Source of the DNA: Bacteroidota bacterium
GTDB lineage: Bacteria; Bacteroidota; Bacteroidia; Flavobacteriales; Flavobacteriaceae
Reading direction: 5' to 3'
Assembly: GCA_039798185.1 (NCBI GenBank)
Contig: JBDKGM010000020.1
Location: forward strand, 3,138 to 67,137
DNA length: 64,000 nt
Shown here: positions 60,640 to 64,000 of the stretch, piece after piece
Position numbering within the stretch: position 1 is the first letter of the stretch
Layout of the letters: each line of letters opens with the position of its first letter
Notes under the pieces: model-generated
What the model was told of the DNA's origin: nothing
Database searches by the model: none
What the model saw: the letters and a program-made list of their open reading frames with translations, nothing else
Translations under genes and position numbers: made by a program

Positions 60640-61083
60640 ATGGACAAATCAACAATTTTAACAGAAATTGCGGCGGCACTACAAGAACATATCCGCCACA
60701 TTGAAGCTTCGGTAACTCGATATAAATTGGCTTCAGACATTGATGACGACGACACGATGGATCCTGAAGATCTTTCGCGGCAAGCAGAGGCAAGCGATAT
60801 GCAATTGCGATTCGAGCAGCTTCTTTACCAAGCTAAAGAACAAGAGTTTTTCCTTATGGATCACGATGATGTACTTCATGACGCAGTGACTCCTGGAGCT
60901 TTAATAGAGACTGACTCCCATTTCATTTACATGGGTATTTCTATTCCTGCTTTCACATTGGAAAATAAAACCGTAATAACTATAAGTGAAAAAGCACCAG
61001 CTTATAGTAGTATGCGGGGTAAAAAAGCAGGAGATACTATTGAATTAGGGGAACAACTCTATAAAATTTTATCGATAGTGTAG
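60640..61083 (+). CDS. GreA/GreB-like protein (divergent transcription factor paralog)
   Basis: N-terminal helical hairpin with acidic tip DIDDDDTMDPED; C-terminal ISEKAP...MRGKKAGD......YKILSI matches the Gre C-terminal pattern. Confidence 0.6.
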   Translation: MDKSTILTEIAAALQEHIRHIEASVTRYKLASDIDDDDTMDPEDLSRQAEASDMQLRFEQLLYQAKEQEFFLMDHDDVLHDAVTPGALIETDSHFIYMGISIPAFTLENKTVITISEKAPAYSSMRGKKAGDTIELGEQLYKILSIV

Positions 61084-61557
61084 TTATTCGTCCCGAATGG
61101 GAATATAAATGAGCTCTTCTGAATCAGGAGAGCTTTTTTTATATTGTTCTCCCAAGACTTCGAATTGCGGACGATTTTCCCATTGCAAACCTGCTTGAGG
61201 CAACCATTGGGAATAAATAGCACGAAAAAAATCCGCTACATTTGAACCATCACCACGGTAAGTAAAAACTGCATATTTCCCAGCAGGAATCGTTAGCACC
61301 TGCATACCTTCGGGCAAATTATCTGTTGCAGGAACCGCTTTTACAGCCCATTTTTGAAATACTGTTGCTGGATCAAAATTATAATTTTCAGGATTTACTT
61401 GAACATTATACAAATTCGAATTGACGGTATTTTGTATTTCATGGCGCCGCGGCATAAAGGATTGCCACAGTTCGCCCACTTGATAATTTAGAAAAGAAAA
61501 ACTTCGCGAAAGTCCGACGAAATGAGATTCAGGAACCCATACAATCTTCGGCTCCAT
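61084..61557 (-). CDS. GyrI-like (AraC effector-binding) domain protein
   Basis: LWQSFMPR, LPEGM..LTIPAGKYAVF, IYSQWLP, RPQFEV, IYIPI. Confidence 0.88.
   Translation of the reverse strand: MEPKIVWVPESHFVGLSRSFSFLNYQVGELWQSFMPRRHEIQNTVNSNLYNVQVNPENYNFDPATVFQKWAVKAVPATDNLPEGMQVLTIPAGKYAVFTYRGDGSNVADFFRAIYSQWLPQAGLQWENRPQFEVLGEQYKKSSPDSEELIYIPIRDE
61112..61140 (+). terminator. Intrinsic terminator embedded in the antisense CDS
   Basis: AGCTCTTCTG-AAT-CAGGAGAGCT followed by TTTTTT, 28 nt after the stop at 61083. Confidence 0.7.
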
Positions 61558-62075
61558 TACTTTCGCTTATCAAAAAACAATTTGACTCCACGAAAAGCAC
61601 TAAATGCAAAAAGTGCATACAAAACCAATCCAGCTATAACCGTATAATGACCGTTCGATTGACCTTTAGATTCTAAATAATTAAAGTAAGTAATCCCTAA
61701 ATAAAAAAGATAGACTGTTCCAGGAATAGCAATTACAGTCATTAATCGCATTGCCCAAAGTTTTTCGTTTTTACCGTGGTAAGCTATATATCCAACCACA
61801 ACCATCATTAAAGGAATGGCTAATTTAGGTAAATCGGACTCAAAAGGTAAAACATAAAAAGCCACGAGCGGTACTAATAGCATTGTATGTATCATTAAAT
61901 AGGCGAATGAAAGCACATCCATTCCCAAAGGGCGGTTTTCTTTTAAATAAGCTTTTATGGCTGTTCGCACCTCATCCTCTGTAAAACCATCCCGCACTAA
62001 AAATCGAATGGTATTGGTGTACGTGTAATTTTTTGACAAATAATGAGCGACTTCTTGGTGTAAATCCTTTTGCAT
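61557..62075 (-). CDS. Hypothetical membrane protein (about 4 TM)
   Basis: Short soluble N-terminus then four hydrophobic segments; 1-nt stop/start overlap with the GyrI-like gene. Confidence 0.65.
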   Translation of the reverse strand: MQKDLHQEVAHYLSKNYTYTNTIRFLVRDGFTEDEVRTAIKAYLKENRPLGMDVLSFAYLMIHTMLLVPLVAFYVLPFESDLPKLAIPLMMVVVGYIAYHGKNEKLWAMRLMTVIAIPGTVYLFYLGITYFNYLESKGQSNGHYTVIAGLVLYALFAFSAFRGVKLFFDKRK

Positions 62076-62090
62076 TCTATAAAATTATAA

Positions 62091-62120
62091 AAAAACAGAC
62101 AGGCGTTTACCTGTCTGCTC
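62091..62120 (-). terminator. Probable terminator after icmF
   Basis: CAGACAGG-cgttta-CCTGTCTG with an A run on the left (T run on the minus strand). Confidence 0.7.
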
Positions 62121-62135
62121 CTATTTAACATCTGT

Positions 62136-63998
62136 CTACATATTTCTTCGGTACTGACCTCCAACTTCAAACAATCCTGAAGTGATTTGACCCAAGGAAC
62201 AATATTTGGCCGCTTCCATCAAATGATCAAACATATTGCGATTGTTCACCGCTGCTTCTTGAACCTGAGCAATCAATTCTTTCACTTTTACACCATGGGC
62301 TCCATGTAAATTCGCTAAGGTTTGAATTTGCAATTGCTTCTCTTCTTCTGTGGCACGAATAACCTCAGCCGGTAAAACCGTTGGCGAACCTTTGGAACTT
62401 AAAAATGTATTCACCCCAATAATAGGATATTCACCGGTATGTTTTAACGTTTCATAATACAAACTCTCTTCCTGAATTTTACTGCGTTGGTACATGGTTT
62501 CCATGGCACCTAATACACCACCACGTTCTGTAATACGATCAAATTCTGCCAACACCGCTTCTTCAACCAAATCGGTTAATTCTTCAATGATGAATGAACC
62601 TTGAATTGGGTTTTCGTTTTTCGCCAATCCCAATTCTTTATTGATAATTAACTGAATTGCCATGGCACGACGAACGGATTCTTCGGTAGGCGTAGTAATT
62701 GCTTCATCATACGCATTGGTATGCAACGAATTACAGTTATCGTAAATAGCATACAACGCTTGTAAGGTAGTACGAATATCATTAAAGTCAATCTCTTGTG
62801 CGTGCAAAGAACGACCTGATGTTTGAATATGATACTTCAACATTTGTGCACGTTCGTTGGCTCCGTATTTGAATTTCAAGGCTTTCGCCCAAATTTTACG
62901 CGCTACACGTCCGATCACTGCATACTCAGGATCAATACCATTAGAGAAGAAAAACGAAAGGTTCGGACCGAAATCGTTGATGCTCATTCCACGGCTTAAG
63001 TAATACTCGACATACGTAAATCCATTCGCTAAAGTAAAGGCCAATTGTGTAATCGGGTTCGCACCTGCTTCAGCAATATGATACCCTGAAATCGAAACGG
63101 AATAGAAATTACGTACGTTTTTCTGAATAAAATATTCTTGCACATCTCCCATCAATCGCAGCGCAAATTCTGTGGAGAAAATACAGGTGTTTTGGGCTTG
63201 ATCTTCTTTTAAAATGTCAGCTTGAACGGTACCGCGAACTTGTGATAAGGTTTGTGCTTTGATCGATGCATATACTTCGGCATCCAAGATTTGGTCTCCG
63301 GTAACGCCTAACATCAATAAGCCTAAACCATTATTCCCTTCAGGCAATGCACTTCCTTTTTCAGGATAAAAAGGATTATACGCTTTACCGTCTGCACAAA
63401 TATATTGTGGACGACCTACACCTTTGGCATCATACAATTCCTTTAATCGCGCTTCCACCAAATGTTCTAATCCATTTTCACGAATGTATTTTTCGCAATT
63501 TTGATCGATAGCAGCATTTAAAAAGAAACCTAACAACATCGGTGCCGGACCGTTAATCGTCATCGATACGGAAGTGGCGGGATGACTCAAATCAAATCCT
63601 GAATATAATTTTTTCGCATCATCCAAACAACAAATGGAAACCCCAGCATTCCCGATTTTACCATAAATATCGGGACGGTGATCCGGATCATTTCCGTATA
63701 AGGTTACCGAGTCAAATGCCGTAGACAAACGTTTCGCCGGCATACCCAAACTTACATAATGGAAACGACGGTTCGTTCGCTCTGGACCTCCTTCACCTGC
63801 AAACATACGTGTAGGATCTTCGCCCTCACGTTTGAATGGATACAAGCCCGAAGCAAATGGGAATTCGCCCGGCACATTTTCCTGTAAACACCAACGCAAT
63901 AAGTCGCCCCAAGCTTGGTATTTTGGCAAAGCTACTTTTGGGATTTGTGAATGGGACAAACTTTCTGTATGCGTTTGGATTTTGATTTCCTTGTCGCG
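62136..63998 (-). CDS. icmF: Fused isobutyryl-CoA mutase IcmF, mutase domain; 5' partial
   Basis: The frame is open to the window end ([16 protein letters not shown]). [10 protein letters not shown] has Phe at the position of MCM Tyr89; also [28 protein letters not shown]. It ends on the mutase domain with no trailing B12-binding domain. Confidence 0.82.
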   Translation of the reverse strand, partial: RDKEIKIQTHTESLSHSQIPKVALPKYQAWGDLLRWCLQENVPGEFPFASGLYPFKREGEDPTRMFAGEGGPERTNRRFHYVSLGMPAKRLSTAFDSVTLYGNDPDHRPDIYGKIGNAGVSICCLDDAKKLYSGFDLSHPATSVSMTINGPAPMLLGFFLNAAIDQNCEKYIRENGLEHLVEARLKELYDAKGVGRPQYICADGKAYNPFYPEKGSALPEGNNGLGLLMLGVTGDQILDAEVYASIKAQTLSQVRGTVQADILKEDQAQNTCIFSTEFALRLMGDVQEYFIQKNVRNFYSVSISGYHIAEAGANPITQLAFTLANGFTYVEYYLSRGMSINDFGPNLSFFFSNGIDPEYAVIGRVARKIWAKALKFKYGANERAQMLKYHIQTSGRSLHAQEIDFNDIRTTLQALYAIYDNCNSLHTNAYDEAITTPTEESVRRAMAIQLIINKELGLAKNENPIQGSFIIEELTDLVEEAVLAEFDRITERGGVLGAMETMYQRSKIQEESLYYETLKHTGEYPIIGVNTFLSSKGSPTVLPAEVIRATEEEKQLQIQTLANLHGAHGVKVKELIAQVQEAAVNNRNMFDHLMEAAKYCSLGQITSGLFEVGGQYRRNM

Positions 63999-64000
63999 CA

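Overview
The window looks like core chromosome from a Flavobacterium-like member of Bacteroidota. The evidence is TAnnTTTG -7 promoters, T9SS C-terminal domains, gldI, GSIII, PafA and DUF3276. It holds about 62 protein-coding genes, two of them cut by the window edges: a DNRLRE-repeat T9SS protein and IcmF. Most are housekeeping genes (nusB, yajC, trmD, rplS, icd, uvrB, sucC, lysA, mnmA, yidC, pyrG, guaA, purM, glnA/GSIII), with scattered envelope or accessory genes. I see no rRNA, tRNA, CRISPR array, integrase, transposase, prophage or recognisable defence operon, and I cannot claim a clearly novel multi-gene system. The least explained signal is non-coding: four structured Flavo-1-like elements (one with nested palindromes), five phased 7-nt repeat arrays rich in stop codons, a doubled CCCGA..TCGGG palindrome and a recurring GCTGTC/GACAGC terminator family. 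Protein-level leads are three tandem double-OmpA_C periplasmic proteins with a Cys-Cys motif in place of the peptidoglycan-binding Asp, a second Gre-like factor whose terminator lies inside the convergent gene, three cyclophilin-FKBP fusions and an orphan SMI1/KNR4 gene. Family names come from motif recognition by eye, not database searches. Several start codons were moved from the supplied ORF track.
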